A stretch of 64,000 nt of DNA from an uncultured Acidobacteriaceae bacterium (GCA_963738085.1 CAVTVC010000009.1:62454-126453), one strand, 5' to 3'. Shown: positions 29,744 to 40,171, counted from the stretch's first letter. Made by a program: numbers and translations. The notes: generated by a model not told the origin, from the letters alone.

Positions 29744-29789
29744 GGGCAGCTAGACAGCGGTTAGCGAGTTAGCAGGTTTTGGAGGGTTT

Positions 29790-30577
29790 ATGAGTTATGC
29801 GACGATTCTGGTTACAGAAGAAGATGGGGTTCGGACGGATCACGCTGAATCGTCCGGAGCGGCGGAATGCGATGACGCCGGAGATGCAGGAGGAGTTGAT
29901 TGCCGCGATTGAGGAGGCTGCGGCGGGCGATTGTCGCGTGGTGGTGTTTGCGGGAGCGGGTGAGGCGTTTTGTGCGGGGCTGGATCTGAGTGCGTCTGCA
30001 GGGGATGAATGATAAATCTGCAGACGAGCACACGGCGGATGCGACTCGAGTTGGCGCGGTTGTTTCGGACGCTTTATGAGTTGCCGAAGCCGACGATCGC
30101 GGTGGTGCAGGGGGCGGCGATTGCCGGTGGCACGGGGCTGGCGACGATGTGCGACTTTACGCTGGCGGTGCCGGGGGCGAAGTTTGGATATACGGAGGTG
30201 AGGATCGGATTTGTGCCGGCGGTGGTGTCGGCGTTTTTGACGCTGCAGATCGGGGAGAAGCGGGCTCGGGATCTGTTGTTGACGGCGCGGTTGTTTTCTG
30301 TCGGACGAGGCGTTGCGGTTGGGGCTGGTGAATGAGGTGGTCGAGGCGGAGAAGCTGGAGTCTCGGTGCGCAGAGCTGGCTGGGATGTTGAAGGCGAACA
30401 GTCCGGAGGCATGGCGGCTACGAAGACGACTGCTGGCGGCGCAGAACAAAGCGTGGCTGGATGACGGCGGTGGCAGTCGCGTTGGCGGCGAATGCTGAGG
30501 CGAGGTCGACGCATGATTTTCGCGAGGGCGTCACGGCGTTCCTGGAGAAGAGAAAGCCGGTATGGGGGAAGTCTTAA
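29790..30577 (+). CDS. Enoyl-CoA hydratase/isomerase (methylglutaconyl-CoA hydratase-like); several frameshifts in this sequence
   Basis: TLNRPERRNAM, FCAGLDL, AIAGGTGL, GYTEVRIGFVP and DFREGVTAFLEKRKPVW fragments in shifting frames. Confidence 0.8.
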
Positions 30578-30635
30578 CGCCGACTTACATCGATGACACC
30601 GATTCGAAATGGATTTAAGTCGGTAGACTGTTGGG

Positions 30636-31070
30636 ATGAGTGACGTTCAAGGGTTGAGGCCTCGAGTGAAGCGCGGGTGCGGGTGCGGTATGCCGAGACG
30701 GATCAGATGGGGGTGGTGTATCACTCGAATTACCTGATCTGGTTCGAGGTTGGACGGGTGGAGTTCATCCGGCAGATGGGGTTGGACTACAAGACCATGG
30801 AAGAGGAAGGTTGCGGGATTGCCGTGGTGGATGCGCAGTGCGGTATCGAAGCTCCTGCGCGATATGACGATGAGTTGGTGGTGGAGACGACGGCTGCTTG
30901 CTGCGCGGGGGGCGGTGGTGAGGTTTGGGTACAGGATTGTGCGGGTTGTAGATGGCGTGCAGTTGTGCGAGGGAGAGACGGTGCATGTGTTGTGTTGGCA
31001 AGGATATGAAGAAGACGTTTGCCGCCGAAATATGCGAAACGTTTTGCTGCAGTAGCTCATCTCATAACGT
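30636..31070 (+). CDS. YbgC/FadM-like acyl-CoA thioesterase; frameshifted, ends approximate
   Basis: RVRYAETDQMGVVYHSNYLIWFEVGR hotdog signature. Confidence 0.78.
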
Positions 31071-31105
31071 ATTCGCTGTTCAGATTGAAGACGAGGTGAG
31101 ATACG

Positions 31106-31839
31106 ATGAGCGCTGATAAGAAGGTTGCGCTGATTACAGGTCGCGAACAAAGGAATTGGGCTGGAGACGGCGCGGCAGCTTGGGAAGCTTGGGATTACGG
31201 TGCTGGTGGGAGCACGTGATCTGCTAAGGGCGAGGCTGCGGAGCTGAGTTGAAGAAGGATGGCGTCGATGCCCGCGCAGTGAAGCTGGATGTTGATAATT
31301 CGGCGGACTATGAAGCTGTGAAGAAGTTGATCGAGAAGGACTTTGGAGAGCTCGATATTCTGATCAACAACGCAGGCATCATGCTCGATGGCCGCAAGGG
31401 CAACGAGACGAGCAAGACCTCGCAAGATGTTTTGCGGAAGACGTTTGATACGAACTTCTTTGCGGTGGTGGGTTTGACGCAGGCGCTGTTGCCATTACTG
31501 AAGAAGAGCCTGGGTGGGCGGATCGTGAATCTGTCGAGCATCCTGGGTTCCACACACTGCACGCAACGCCAGGATCTCCGATCTACGATGCCAAGACATT
31601 TGCTTATGATGCTTCGAAGGCCGCGTTGAACTCGTTCACGATTCATCTGGCGCATGAGCTGAAGGGGACGAAGATCAAGGTGAATTCGGCGCATCCGGGA
31701 TGGGTAAAGACGGATATGGGCGGCGAGGTGCACAGCTCGACGTGGAGACGGGCGCGAAGACCTCGGTGGAGCTGGCTACGTTGCAGGATGCGGGCCGACA
31801 GGTGGGTACTTCCATCTTGGGAAACCGTTGCCCTGGTAG
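31106..31839 (+). CDS. SDR family oxidoreductase (carbonyl reductase-like); several frameshifts in this sequence
   Basis: KKVALITG(A)NKGIG, LINNAG, NLSSILG, AYDASKAALN and HPGWVKTDMGG fragments. Confidence 0.8.
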
Positions 31840-31863
31840 GGAAGGCGGCTCTGACTTTGGTGA

Positions 31864-32283
31864 TTACCGGATGAGTAGGGTGCGGGGTTTTACGTTTTCG
31901 CGGATGAAGGTGATGGTGGATTCGAGCGGCGTTCCCGGTCCGAAGATGGCCGAGACGCCGTTTTCTTTTAGTTTGGGCTGGTCTTCGTCGGGGATGGTGC
32001 CGCCGAGGACGAGGAGGATGTCTTCGGCCTTTTGTTTGCGGAGAAGTTGTACGATGCGCGGGACGATGACGTTGTGGGCGCCGGAGAGGATGGAGAGGCC
32101 GATGCAGTCGACATCTTCCTGGATGGCGGCGGAGACGATCATCTCCGGGGTTTGGCGGAGGCCGGTGTAGATGACCTCCATGCCGGCGTCGCGGAGGGCG
32201 CGGGCGATGATCTTTGCGCCGCGGTCGTGGCCGTCGAGGCCGGGTTTGGCGACGAGGACGCGGATTGGAGTCTTCCCAGGCAT
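31864..32283 (-). CDS. Cobalamin-binding subunit of methylmalonyl-CoA mutase family
   Basis: [12 protein letters not shown] (DxHxxG), GLSILSGAH and LGGTIP. Confidence 0.92.
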   Translation of the reverse strand: MPGKTPIRVLVAKPGLDGHDRGAKIIARALRDAGMEVIYTGLRQTPEMIVSAAIQEDVDCIGLSILSGAHNVIVPRIVQLLRKQKAEDILLVLGGTIPDEDQPKLKENGVSAIFGPGTPLESTITFIRENVKPRTLLIR

Positions 32284-32330
32284 CGAGGGTGAGTATACCC
32301 GGGCCCCCTGAGAGTTGGCATCTTCTTCGA

Positions 32331-33285
32331 TCAGGGCAACGCGTAATAGCCGTCGCGGGCCGTGATAACTCCACCACGGTTGGGGCTGTCAAGCCTGATG
32401 CGATGGAAGGAGCCGTCGCGTTTGAAGTGCTGCGGCTTGTATACGAGACGATACTGGCTGCGCAGGTTGGCGTCGATGACGCGGAGGTCGTGCGAAATCG
32501 TTTCACGTGTTTGGTCGAAGAAGAGGACGCCACCGGTCCGGGACGTTAGTTTGCTGAGGGTCTTTTGCCCGTCGGAGAAGATAGATTTAGGCTCAATGCT
32601 GAAGACGTAGATTGCTGTGTTTGCCTTCTGGCAGATGTCGGTGTCGTCTTCGAGACGGGCGTGGCTGGCGTTGTCGATGCCGTCGGTGAAGAGCAGGATG
32701 AAGTTTCCTGCGAGTGGGTTCGTTGTTCCGAATTGATCTCGGCAAGCTTTGTAGATTGCGTCGAAGAGAGCGGTGCCGCCTAAGCGGCTGGCGCGGTCGG
32801 CGGCTACGTTATTAAGGCTTGCCGTTAGTGCATCGCTGTCGCCTGTCCAGTTTTGCAGGACCTTCGACTCCGAATCGAAGCGCATCAAAAACGCACGATC
32901 GGTCTGCTTACGAAGAAGTTGGGTGAGGTATTCGGTTAGCTATTGCCTGGTTGCGACGGAGATATCCGAGCATCGATCTGCTGGTGTCCATGAGAATGCC
33001 AAACCGGACGGGCAGATTTTGGTGCGCCTTAAAGGAGACGATCTGACGGGGCCGCTTACCGTTGTCGAGAACGCGCAGGTCGTTGAGCTTGAGATCGTCC
33101 ATTGGAATTCCATGGAAGTCGGCGGCGTGAAAGGTGAGGCTAACCTCGTCGACATCGATGTTGAGAGTGAATGGAGTGGCTTCAGTTGAGTTTTTCGTGG
33201 TTTGAGGAAATGCGAGGGCGAGAACGCTTGTTACGAAGAGCATCATGCCTAGACGGATGGAGCACTTGCGCCGGTGACGGGGCAT
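32331..33285 (-). CDS. Acidobacterial VWA domain protein; one frameshift near 32930, start uncertain
   Basis: [26 protein letters not shown] and C-terminal [11 protein letters not shown]...DGSFHRI across two ORFs. Confidence 0.82.
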
Positions 33286-33309
33286 GGATATCGAGTATAG
33301 CTTTAGAGA

Positions 33310-34158
33310 ATGACGATGGACCGTGTCGAGGCGCACCGGTTGTTCTTTGCGAAGTTGATAGCGGCTAATGCCGGTATCGCTCCGGGAAGTGAGATTGAGG
33401 CTGCGCTGGCGTCAATTCCGCGTGAGCGATTTGTTGGGCCACCGCCGTGGAAGATCTTTACCCGCTCGGGGTATGTGGAATCTCCTGCCGATGATCCGGC
33501 GCTGCTGTATCAGGACCTTGTTGTTTCGCTTGGAGGTGAAGGTCCTTTCAACAATGGGCAGCCTACGTTGCATGCTTTCTGCCTTGCGGCGATGGAGCTG
33601 AAGAAGGGCGACCGGGTCGTTCATGTTGGTGCCGGTACGGGATATTACACGACGTTGCTGGCGAAGCTCGTGGGAGAGACAGGGACGGTGGATGCCTACG
33701 AGGTTGAGCAGGAGTTTGTGCGGCGTGCGGTGCGCAATCTGGCTGAATTTCCTAACGTCGCGGTGCACGCGAGATCCGGTGCGGAGAGGCCGCTTCCGGA
33801 TTGTGATGTCCTTTACGTCAACGCCGGGGCGACCGGCCCGCTGGATGTTTGGCTTGACGTTTTACGTCCGGGAGGGCGGCTTCTATTCCCGATGACGCCC
33901 TCGGAAGGGGCAGGGGCTATGCTGCTGATCACAAAGCAGAGGGATGAAGCGTTCACTGCCAGGTTTCTGTTGCAGGTCCAGTTTGTTGCGTGCATAGGCG
34001 CTCGGGATGAGACGGTGGAGCAAAAGCTTTCCGAGGCATTTCGCAATGGTGGATGGGCAAAGGTGAAGGTGCTGCATCGAAATGATTCGCCAGATGAGAG
34101 CTGCTGGTTTACTGGGAATGGATGGTGGCTTTCCACCAAGGAAACCGATGCCTCATGA
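33310..34158 (+). CDS. Protein-L-isoaspartate O-methyltransferase family protein
   Basis: IPRERF, VHVGAGTGYYT and YVNAGA motifs. Confidence 0.82.
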   Translation: MTMDRVEAHRLFFAKLIAANAGIAPGSEIEAALASIPRERFVGPPPWKIFTRSGYVESPADDPALLYQDLVVSLGGEGPFNNGQPTLHAFCLAAMELKKGDRVVHVGAGTGYYTTLLAKLVGETGTVDAYEVEQEFVRRAVRNLAEFPNVAVHARSGAERPLPDCDVLYVNAGATGPLDVWLDVLRPGGRLLFPMTPSEGAGAMLLITKQRDEAFTARFLLQVQFVACIGARDETVEQKLSEAFRNGGWAKVKVLHRNDSPDESCWFTGNGWWLSTKETDAS

Positions 34159-34231
34159 AGGAATAGCTGATGCCTGTCAAAGAGTCCTCTGCATTGCAAA
34201 AGCGCAATGCAGAGGATTCTGGTTTGTACGA

Positions 34232-36715
34232 CTAGTAATCTTCATCGTCGCCGATGGGCATGCCGGGTGGGGCTTCGATGGGTTTGGAGGGTACGAATTT
34301 GGCTGGGTCGCGTTCGAAGTCGTTGATGCGGTTGATGAGCGCGGCGCGGTGGATCGCTTCGGCAGTGTCGGTGGGTGATGGGGTGGTGGTGAATTCTTTG
34401 AGCAAGTCTGCGACGTGCGAACGAGCGATCGCGCGGGCTTGGCTGGAGGTGGCTGGGTTCACGGCTAGTGCGAGCGTTGCTTCGAGCGCACGGAACTCGA
34501 CGGCGCGCTCGACCTCGGACGACATGGTGTGGCCGCCTTCAGGGCGCTCGGCGACTGCTTTCGAGATGGCTTCGAGGACTCCACGGAGCGAGGGTGAATC
34601 GGGGACACGCATGTGGTATTCGATGAGGCGTGAGGCGCGTGCTGGGTCGAGGAGCAGGGCGAGGGTCAGGTCGGCGGAGGCTTCGGCAGTGGCGATTGGG
34701 TCGAAGGTGAGACCAGTATGCGAGGGGAATGACTCGCGTGTGCGCTCGAGGCCAGGCGGACGGGGCGGGAGGATTTGGAGGAGGGACTCTGGGAGGGTGA
34801 GGGTCTCGGGGGAGAGGGTTTTCAGGACAGCCGCGAGGGCTTTTTTCTGCTCTTCAGGGGAGACGATTTTGGTGATGAGTTGGCCGTCGCCGCGGAGGGC
34901 ATAACGGTAGTCAAGGCCGCCGATTTCTTTGGAGGCGGCTTCAGTCTGATAGCGTTCGAGCAGGTAGAGGGGGACGAGAGTGTCTTCGAGTTGAGCGAGT
35001 GGGGTGCCGGTGGTGATGGCGTTTTCGCCGAAGCGCTTAAGAGCGGCGGATCGTACAGTCATGATGCGGGTGAGCTCGTCGGCGGGGTCAGTGCCGTTGT
35101 CCCAGAGGTGTGAGTGCGGGTGTGCGCCGCCGAGGGGGCGAGAGTCTTCATCGGTAATGAAGATCATGCCGGTCTTCTCGCTTGCGGCAAGGATGGCGTT
35201 GAGGGCCGTGGGGTCTTCAGTGGGCTTATTGGATTTATCGAATTCGCGGTAGCCGTAGTCGATGGCGACCTTGTCCCAGATGCCGATGTTGACGCCATAC
35301 GTTTGGGAGAGGTTCGGAATGCCGTTTTTGCCGAGCGTGATCCAGGGATGCGGGTAGTCCATAACGGAGACGGACTCTTCGGGGGCATGGGGGAAGCTGC
35401 TTGCTGCGAAGTTGTGGGCGAGGCCTAGAGTGTGACCAGTTTCGTGTGCGGCTAGCTGGCGAGTGCGGGCGAGGACCATTGCGAGCATCGGATCAGAGGC
35501 GGATGGGAGAGGTTTGCCGTCAAGGTAGGGACTGAGGAGAGCTTCGTCAATGAGGTAGTCCTGGCGGCTACGGAGGGAGCCGAGGGTGACGTTACCTTTG
35601 ATGATCTCGCCTGTTCGGGGATCGACGACGGCGGCGCCATAGCTCCAGCCGCGGGTGTAGCGGTGGACCCACTGGATCATGTTGTAGCGGATGTCCATGG
35701 GGTCAGCGCCGGCGGGAAGGATGTCGGCGCGGAAGGTGCCTTTCGCCCAGCCGGCGGCCTGGAAGGCCTGATCCCACCAACGTGCGCCTTCGAGTAGAGC
35801 GGTGCGGATTGGTTCGGCTGCGCCGCTATCGACGTAGTACTGGATTGGAGCGACTGCTTCACAGTTGGCCTTGCAGGATGGGTCTTTCTTGAGCAGGCGG
35901 TGACGGATGATGAACTGCTGGTCGAGGGTCTCGCTAACAGGGACGTTATAGTCGCGGTAAGAGGTGGGAAAGTAGCCGGCACGGGGGTCGAAGTGGCGTG
36001 GAGTGAAGCCGGGGTCGGGTAGTTGGATGAAGGACTGGTGCTCGCGGACGGTGAGCGCATGGGCGTCGGGAGTGACGTCGCGGACGAACTCACCGCGAGC
36101 TGGACCGTCGGTGGTGAAGGTGAGAATGGCTTCGACCTCGGTGTTCCGGGGGAAGGCTTTGGTGGCGTCGAGGGCGATGGTGGAGCGTGTGGCATCGAGC
36201 TTGTAGGTGCCCTGCTGAGCGCGGGTGAGTGAGCCAACGACGTCATGCGCGTCGCGGAGGAAGAAGTCGGTGGCGTCTACTAGGACTGTTCCGTTGGTAT
36301 CTTCGGCGTCGACCTTAAAGCCGTAGAGAACGGACTCGGGGAAGGATTGGCGGACTGCGAGGACTTCGTTGGGATCGGAGGAGGTGGAGCGGAAGCGCTG
36401 GTTGGGTTCGACGAGGAGGACTTTGGGGCCGGACCGCTCGAAGTGGACGAGTTGGCCGCGGGAGATCTGGCCGCGGTCAAGGCCGAGGTCATTAGAGCCT
36501 GTGCCGTAAGGCAATGAGTGAGTGTAGAGGAAGTCCGGGCTCTTACTGTCGGGGCCGAGGCGCGGGATTTCGAGGTAGAGCTTGCCGGTCTTCGCGTCCC
36601 AGTCGAGCGGAAGGTAGCCGTCGATATGCTTCATGCCTGCGGTTTTGGTGGAGATGGTTTGTGCAGACAGCGTGGCGGAGACCGCAAGAAGGGCCAAGGC
36701 AAGATGTTTGGGCAT
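34232..36715 (-). CDS. Secreted zinc-dependent metalloprotease (metzincin, EcxA/DUF5117-DUF4953-like)
   Basis: Signal peptide, HETGHTLGLAH (HExxHxxGxxH) and SVMDY Met-turn. Confidence 0.9.
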   Translation of the reverse strand: MPKHLALALLAVSATLSAQTISTKTAGMKHIDGYLPLDWDAKTGKLYLEIPRLGPDSKSPDFLYTHSLPYGTGSNDLGLDRGQISRGQLVHFERSGPKVLLVEPNQRFRSTSSDPNEVLAVRQSFPESVLYGFKVDAEDTNGTVLVDATDFFLRDAHDVVGSLTRAQQGTYKLDATRSTIALDATKAFPRNTEVEAILTFTTDGPARGEFVRDVTPDAHALTVREHQSFIQLPDPGFTPRHFDPRAGYFPTSYRDYNVPVSETLDQQFIIRHRLLKKDPSCKANCEAVAPIQYYVDSGAAEPIRTALLEGARWWDQAFQAAGWAKGTFRADILPAGADPMDIRYNMIQWVHRYTRGWSYGAAVVDPRTGEIIKGNVTLGSLRSRQDYLIDEALLSPYLDGKPLPSASDPMLAMVLARTRQLAAHETGHTLGLAHNFAASSFPHAPEESVSVMDYPHPWITLGKNGIPNLSQTYGVNIGIWDKVAIDYGYREFDKSNKPTEDPTALNAILAASEKTGMIFITDEDSRPLGGAHPHSHLWDNGTDPADELTRIMTVRSAALKRFGENAITTGTPLAQLEDTLVPLYLLERYQTEAASKEIGGLDYRYALRGDGQLITKIVSPEEQKKALAAVLKTLSPETLTLPESLLQILPPRPPGLERTRESFPSHTGLTFDPIATAEASADLTLALLLDPARASRLIEYHMRVPDSPSLRGVLEAISKAVAERPEGGHTMSSEVERAVEFRALEATLALAVNPATSSQARAIARSHVADLLKEFTTTPSPTDTAEAIHRAALINRINDFERDPAKFVPSKPIEAPPGMPIGDDEDY

Positions 36716-36803
36716 GCGTCTGTTTTAGCACAGGGGTCCATACTTGCTTGCAATTTTCTAGAGAGTCGAATGCCTTCGGCTCGAAACAGCGCGCAAAGAC
36801 AGG

Positions 36804-37142
36804 TCAGGAAAGGGTGATGTCAGGGTTGTCGAGATGTTCGCGGAGGAGGCGCTGGGTGAGGGTTTTGAGGTCTTCGCCGGTTTTGGGAAGGGCGAAAGCG
36901 TTGGCCGGTTCGGACCAATCGAGTTTGTAGCTGGTGGACTGGGCGGAGATCCAGACCTGGCGGATGGGGGTGTTGGGGGTGATGACGAATTTGGCAGAGC
37001 CGTTTTCGAAGATGATGTTCATGACGCCGTTGTTGTCTTCGAACTCGAAGCCGTGTCCGTCGTCTTCAGCGGCGATGAGGGATTGCTTGAGAGACTCGAG
37101 GGCGCGGTCGGACTCGCGGCGGAAGGTGGCTTCGTCAATCAT
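36804..37142 (-). CDS. cyaY: Iron donor protein CyaY (frataxin family)
   Basis: GVMNIIFENG.KFVITPNTPIRQVWIS pattern, acidic N-terminal helix, 112 aa. Confidence 0.82.
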   Translation of the reverse strand: MIDEATFRRESDRALESLKQSLIAAEDDGHGFEFEDNNGVMNIIFENGSAKFVITPNTPIRQVWISAQSTSYKLDWSEPANAFALPKTGEDLKTLTQRLLREHLDNPDITLS

Positions 37143-37146
37143 GGGT

Positions 37147-37839
37147 CTAGTTTAGCTGGTCGAGAGCGGCGAGGACGTCGGTGGGTTCGGGGCGGACACG
37201 GGAGTCGGCGTGGGCTTCGGAAAATATGACGGTGCCTTTGCTGTCGATGACGAAGACGCCGGGGAGCGGGAGACGCCAGCTTGCTTCGGTGGCGTTGTGG
37301 TAGCCGAGGCCAGCGTTGTTGAAGGGGATGTTGATGAGGATGGATTGGAAGTAGCGGCGGTGTTCCGACGGGATGGTGTAGGCGATGCCGAATTTTTCGG
37401 CGATGGTGGCGCCGGGGTCGGAGAGCAGCGGATACGGTAGCGCGTGTTGCTGGAGGGTGAAGTTGTTCTGGCGGGTGGTCTGGGGGGAGATGGCGATGAA
37501 GAGTGAACCGCGCTCGCGGAGTTGCGGGTGGAGGTTGCGCCAGGCTTCCAGTTCGGTGATGCAGTAGGGGTCCCAGCGGCCGCGGAAGAAGTTGATGACG
37601 AGTGGGCCGAGGGCGAGGAGGTCGGCCGAACTGACTGGTTTGTGGGTGCGTGCGTCTTCGAGGGTGAATGAGGGAGCCTCCGCTCCGGTCTTCAGGATGT
37701 GATTCTCAATACCGGTGTTGAAGAGGTCCGCGGTCGCCTTTTCGGAGATGGCGAGACGCTCGGGCTGGACGAGTTTTCGGGTCTTGGCAGTGATGGCGTC
37801 CAACTGGTCCTGCAATGGTTCTTTTGTACTCACAGACAT
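37147..37839 (-). CDS. Peroxiredoxin-like (AhpC/TSA, PRX-like2) protein
   Basis: APSFTL, FFRGRWDPYC, IAISPQ, LLSDPG and LPLPGVFVID. Confidence 0.82.
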   Translation of the reverse strand: MSVSTKEPLQDQLDAITAKTRKLVQPERLAISEKATADLFNTGIENHILKTGAEAPSFTLEDARTHKPVSSADLLALGPLVINFFRGRWDPYCITELEAWRNLHPQLRERGSLFIAISPQTTRQNNFTLQQHALPYPLLSDPGATIAEKFGIAYTIPSEHRRYFQSILINIPFNNAGLGYHNATEASWRLPLPGVFVIDSKGTVIFSEAHADSRVRPEPTDVLAALDQLN

Positions 37840-37841
37840 AG

Positions 37842-37900
37842 CCCCCCTCCTACCTTAAATGTGTCAAAGTATTCGAACGAAAGACTTTAAGCCTGGACTT
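37842..37900 (+). repeat. Repeat family 3 (CCCCTCC...AAAGT-N-GACTTT...TGGACT)
   Basis: Aligns by eye with 43759-43816 and has an internal AAAGT/ACTTT hairpin. Confidence 0.65.
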
Positions 37901-37929
37901 CCGGCGCAATACTGCTGAGTTAAATATCG

Positions 37930-37951
37930 CAGTCCGGCCGGAGCCGGACTG
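37930..37951. terminator. Hairpin CAGTCCGGC-CGGA-GCCGGACTG
   Basis: Perfect 9-bp stem in the intergenic region. Confidence 0.45.
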
Positions 37952-38075
37952 TTTGATGGCTGAGTTAATTATATCGGGGGTATCAAGAGAATCGATGGGT
38001 TGATTGTGGATAAAGCTTGCGTCACATCAACGCGGACTGCTCTAACAGCTGCTGATCCCCCTCCACACATTTTCG

Positions 38076-39005
38076 CTACATGGAGCCTGCCATTTTCATC
38101 GATGCGTCGTGGCATTGGGTGGCCGGTGCTGTGGATTTTTTAGCAGCTACGGTCTTGTTGTGGGTTGCATTGCTGGCCATTGGAGCGGGCTTCATCTCTT
38201 TGACGAGTGTGACGATGCGTATGAAGGCCTGGTCGCGTGCGGCCTTGTTGGCGGGGCTGGCGTCTGGCGCTTCGCCTGCGCGCATGAAGCCGTGGCCGGC
38301 TCCGTCGTAGCTGACGGGATCATACTTTTTGCCTGCTGCTTTCATGGCGTCGGTGGTGGCAGGAACGGTCGCTCCGACGCGGGCGTCGTTGCCGGCGTAG
38401 AAGCCATAGACCGGAGCGGTGATGGTGGTTACATCAGCGGGGCCAGTGCCATAGAAGACGAAGGCAGCGGAGAGGTCTTTGCGGTGAGCGGCGAAGGCGA
38501 AGGATTTGCTGCCGCCCCAGCAGAATCCGGCGACCGCGATCTTGCCGTTAGCTGCGGGGATTGTTTTGGCGTAGTCGGCTGCCGCATCGAGGTCTGCGTT
38601 GACAACGGCTGCATCGAGGCCGGAGACGGCTTTGGTCCTATCGTCCCCCGTGCTGGGGAAGGCGTCGGTGCCGCCGCCGTTGGGACCGAAGCCAGTGAGG
38701 AGGTCGGGTGCGACGACGATGAAGCCTTGTCCGGCTAGTTCGTCGGCCATCTCTTTGGCCCAGTCGCTGAGACCGAAGATTTCGTGGATAAGGATGATAA
38801 CGGGTGCCTTGGTTTTGACCTCGGGGTAGACGACGAAGGCTTGCACGGTGCGCTCTCCGTGCTTGAGGGGGACGTACTCGTGGTGGCGAGGCGAGGCATC
38901 GAGGCGCGCTTTGGCCCAATCCTGCGCGTGGATGGGAGCGGCGGCAAGAGGGAGAAGCAGAGCGGCGGCGAGAAGTTTGAGGGTGCTGGGCATTGATATC
39001 GTCAT
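38076..39005 (-). CDS. Secreted dienelactone hydrolase family protein
   Basis: IHEIFGL, GFCWGG nucleophile elbow, FYAGNDARV and GAGHGFMR; signal peptide. Confidence 0.9.
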   Translation of the reverse strand: MTISMPSTLKLLAAALLLPLAAAPIHAQDWAKARLDASPRHHEYVPLKHGERTVQAFVVYPEVKTKAPVIILIHEIFGLSDWAKEMADELAGQGFIVVAPDLLTGFGPNGGGTDAFPSTGDDRTKAVSGLDAAVVNADLDAAADYAKTIPAANGKIAVAGFCWGGSKSFAFAAHRKDLSAAFVFYGTGPADVTTITAPVYGFYAGNDARVGATVPATTDAMKAAGKKYDPVSYDGAGHGFMRAGEAPDASPANKAARDQAFIRIVTLVKEMKPAPMASNATHNKTVAAKKSTAPATQCHDASMKMAGSM

Positions 39006-39137
39006 GGGGGGAGTCTATTACCGAGCGCGCGAGGGGGACAAGACGTGGGTGCAATTTTACGTGGAGAATGTGGAGTGCATCGTATTGAGGAGAAGTTTGG
39101 GCAGCAGTTATGCGATGAACAAGTTGAAGGGGTTGGC

Positions 39138-40151
39138 ATGAAAGGAATGGGTCGGCTGTGGTTGAGAATTGTTGTGCCGTTGGTGCTGGTTGCTGCGTTC
39201 GCTCATGCGCAGGAGCCCGTTGATACAGATCACGACGGGATGAGTGATATGCAGGAGCAGGCGTTGCTGGAGCGGTTTGTGCCGCGATTTCAGGTGAGCA
39301 GGACAGACTGTGCGGTGAAGCCCGCACTGTTCGAAGAGGGAGTAGTGAAGCCGACGGTGAAAGACCGGGATGGGACGATCTACGGGCAAGTAACTCCGCG
39401 CGAGGGAATCAAGGGTGGGAGCGCGGTGGTGGAGATTCACTTCTACGATTTGTGGAGCCTGGATTGTGGGCGGATGGGGCATCCACTGGATGCGGAGCAT
39501 GTGTCGGTACTGCTGCGTGCGACGACGATGGCTAGCCCGGCGGAGGATTGGAGGGCGGTGTATTGGTTTGCCGCGGCGCATGAGGGGACTATGTGCGATG
39601 CGAGTGAAATGGCTGTGGCGAAGGTTGTGGATGCGGAGACGCAGGGTGCCACTGTCTGGCTTTCTGCGGGTAAGCATGGTGCGTTCCTGAACGAGACGAT
39701 GTGCACGCAAGGATGTGGCGGCGACCGGTGCACAGAGATGACTCCGCTGATAGTGGCCCGGATTGTCAATCTGGGGGAGCCGGGTTCTGCGATGCATGGG
39801 GCGATATGGGTGGGGTCGCCGATGTGGCCGCTGGCGCTGAAGATGCGGAGTGATTTTTCGGCGGAGGTGATTGCGAAGCTGGAGCAGGGAGGAGACGTTC
39901 CGGTGGAGGTGAATGGAGCGCATGGATCGGTGAAGGGAACGATCTATGTGGCGAACTCGGTTGCGAATGGTGTGGGAACGAGTGGGACGAATACCGGCTC
40001 TGCGCTGAATGCCGCCGATGTAAAGACGGAGAATGCTCTGACCAAGAGTGCCAACGCTACGGGTGGGGCGCTCAAGAAGTCGGCAAAGGCGGTAGGGCGA
40101 TTTTTACATTTGACCGAAGATCCGAAGATCGTTGAGGGCGCACCGCGCTGA
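39138..40151 (+). CDS. Secreted Cys-rich hypothetical protein (possible NPP1/NLP-like fold)
   Basis: Signal peptide, DTDHDG, GHPLDAE and SAGKHG motifs. Start uncertain (39138 or 39147). Confidence 0.7.
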   Translation: MKGMGRLWLRIVVPLVLVAAFAHAQEPVDTDHDGMSDMQEQALLERFVPRFQVSRTDCAVKPALFEEGVVKPTVKDRDGTIYGQVTPREGIKGGSAVVEIHFYDLWSLDCGRMGHPLDAEHVSVLLRATTMASPAEDWRAVYWFAAAHEGTMCDASEMAVAKVVDAETQGATVWLSAGKHGAFLNETMCTQGCGGDRCTEMTPLIVARIVNLGEPGSAMHGAIWVGSPMWPLALKMRSDFSAEVIAKLEQGGDVPVEVNGAHGSVKGTIYVANSVANGVGTSGTNTGSALNAADVKTENALTKSANATGGALKKSAKAVGRFLHLTEDPKIVEGAPR

Positions 40152-40171
40152 GAGGCTTTTATACTGCGCCA

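Noticed and set aside
38005-38013. Perfect DnaA box (TGTGGATAA)
   Set aside because: It is a single box with no cluster, AT-rich unwinding element, dnaA context or skew switch.
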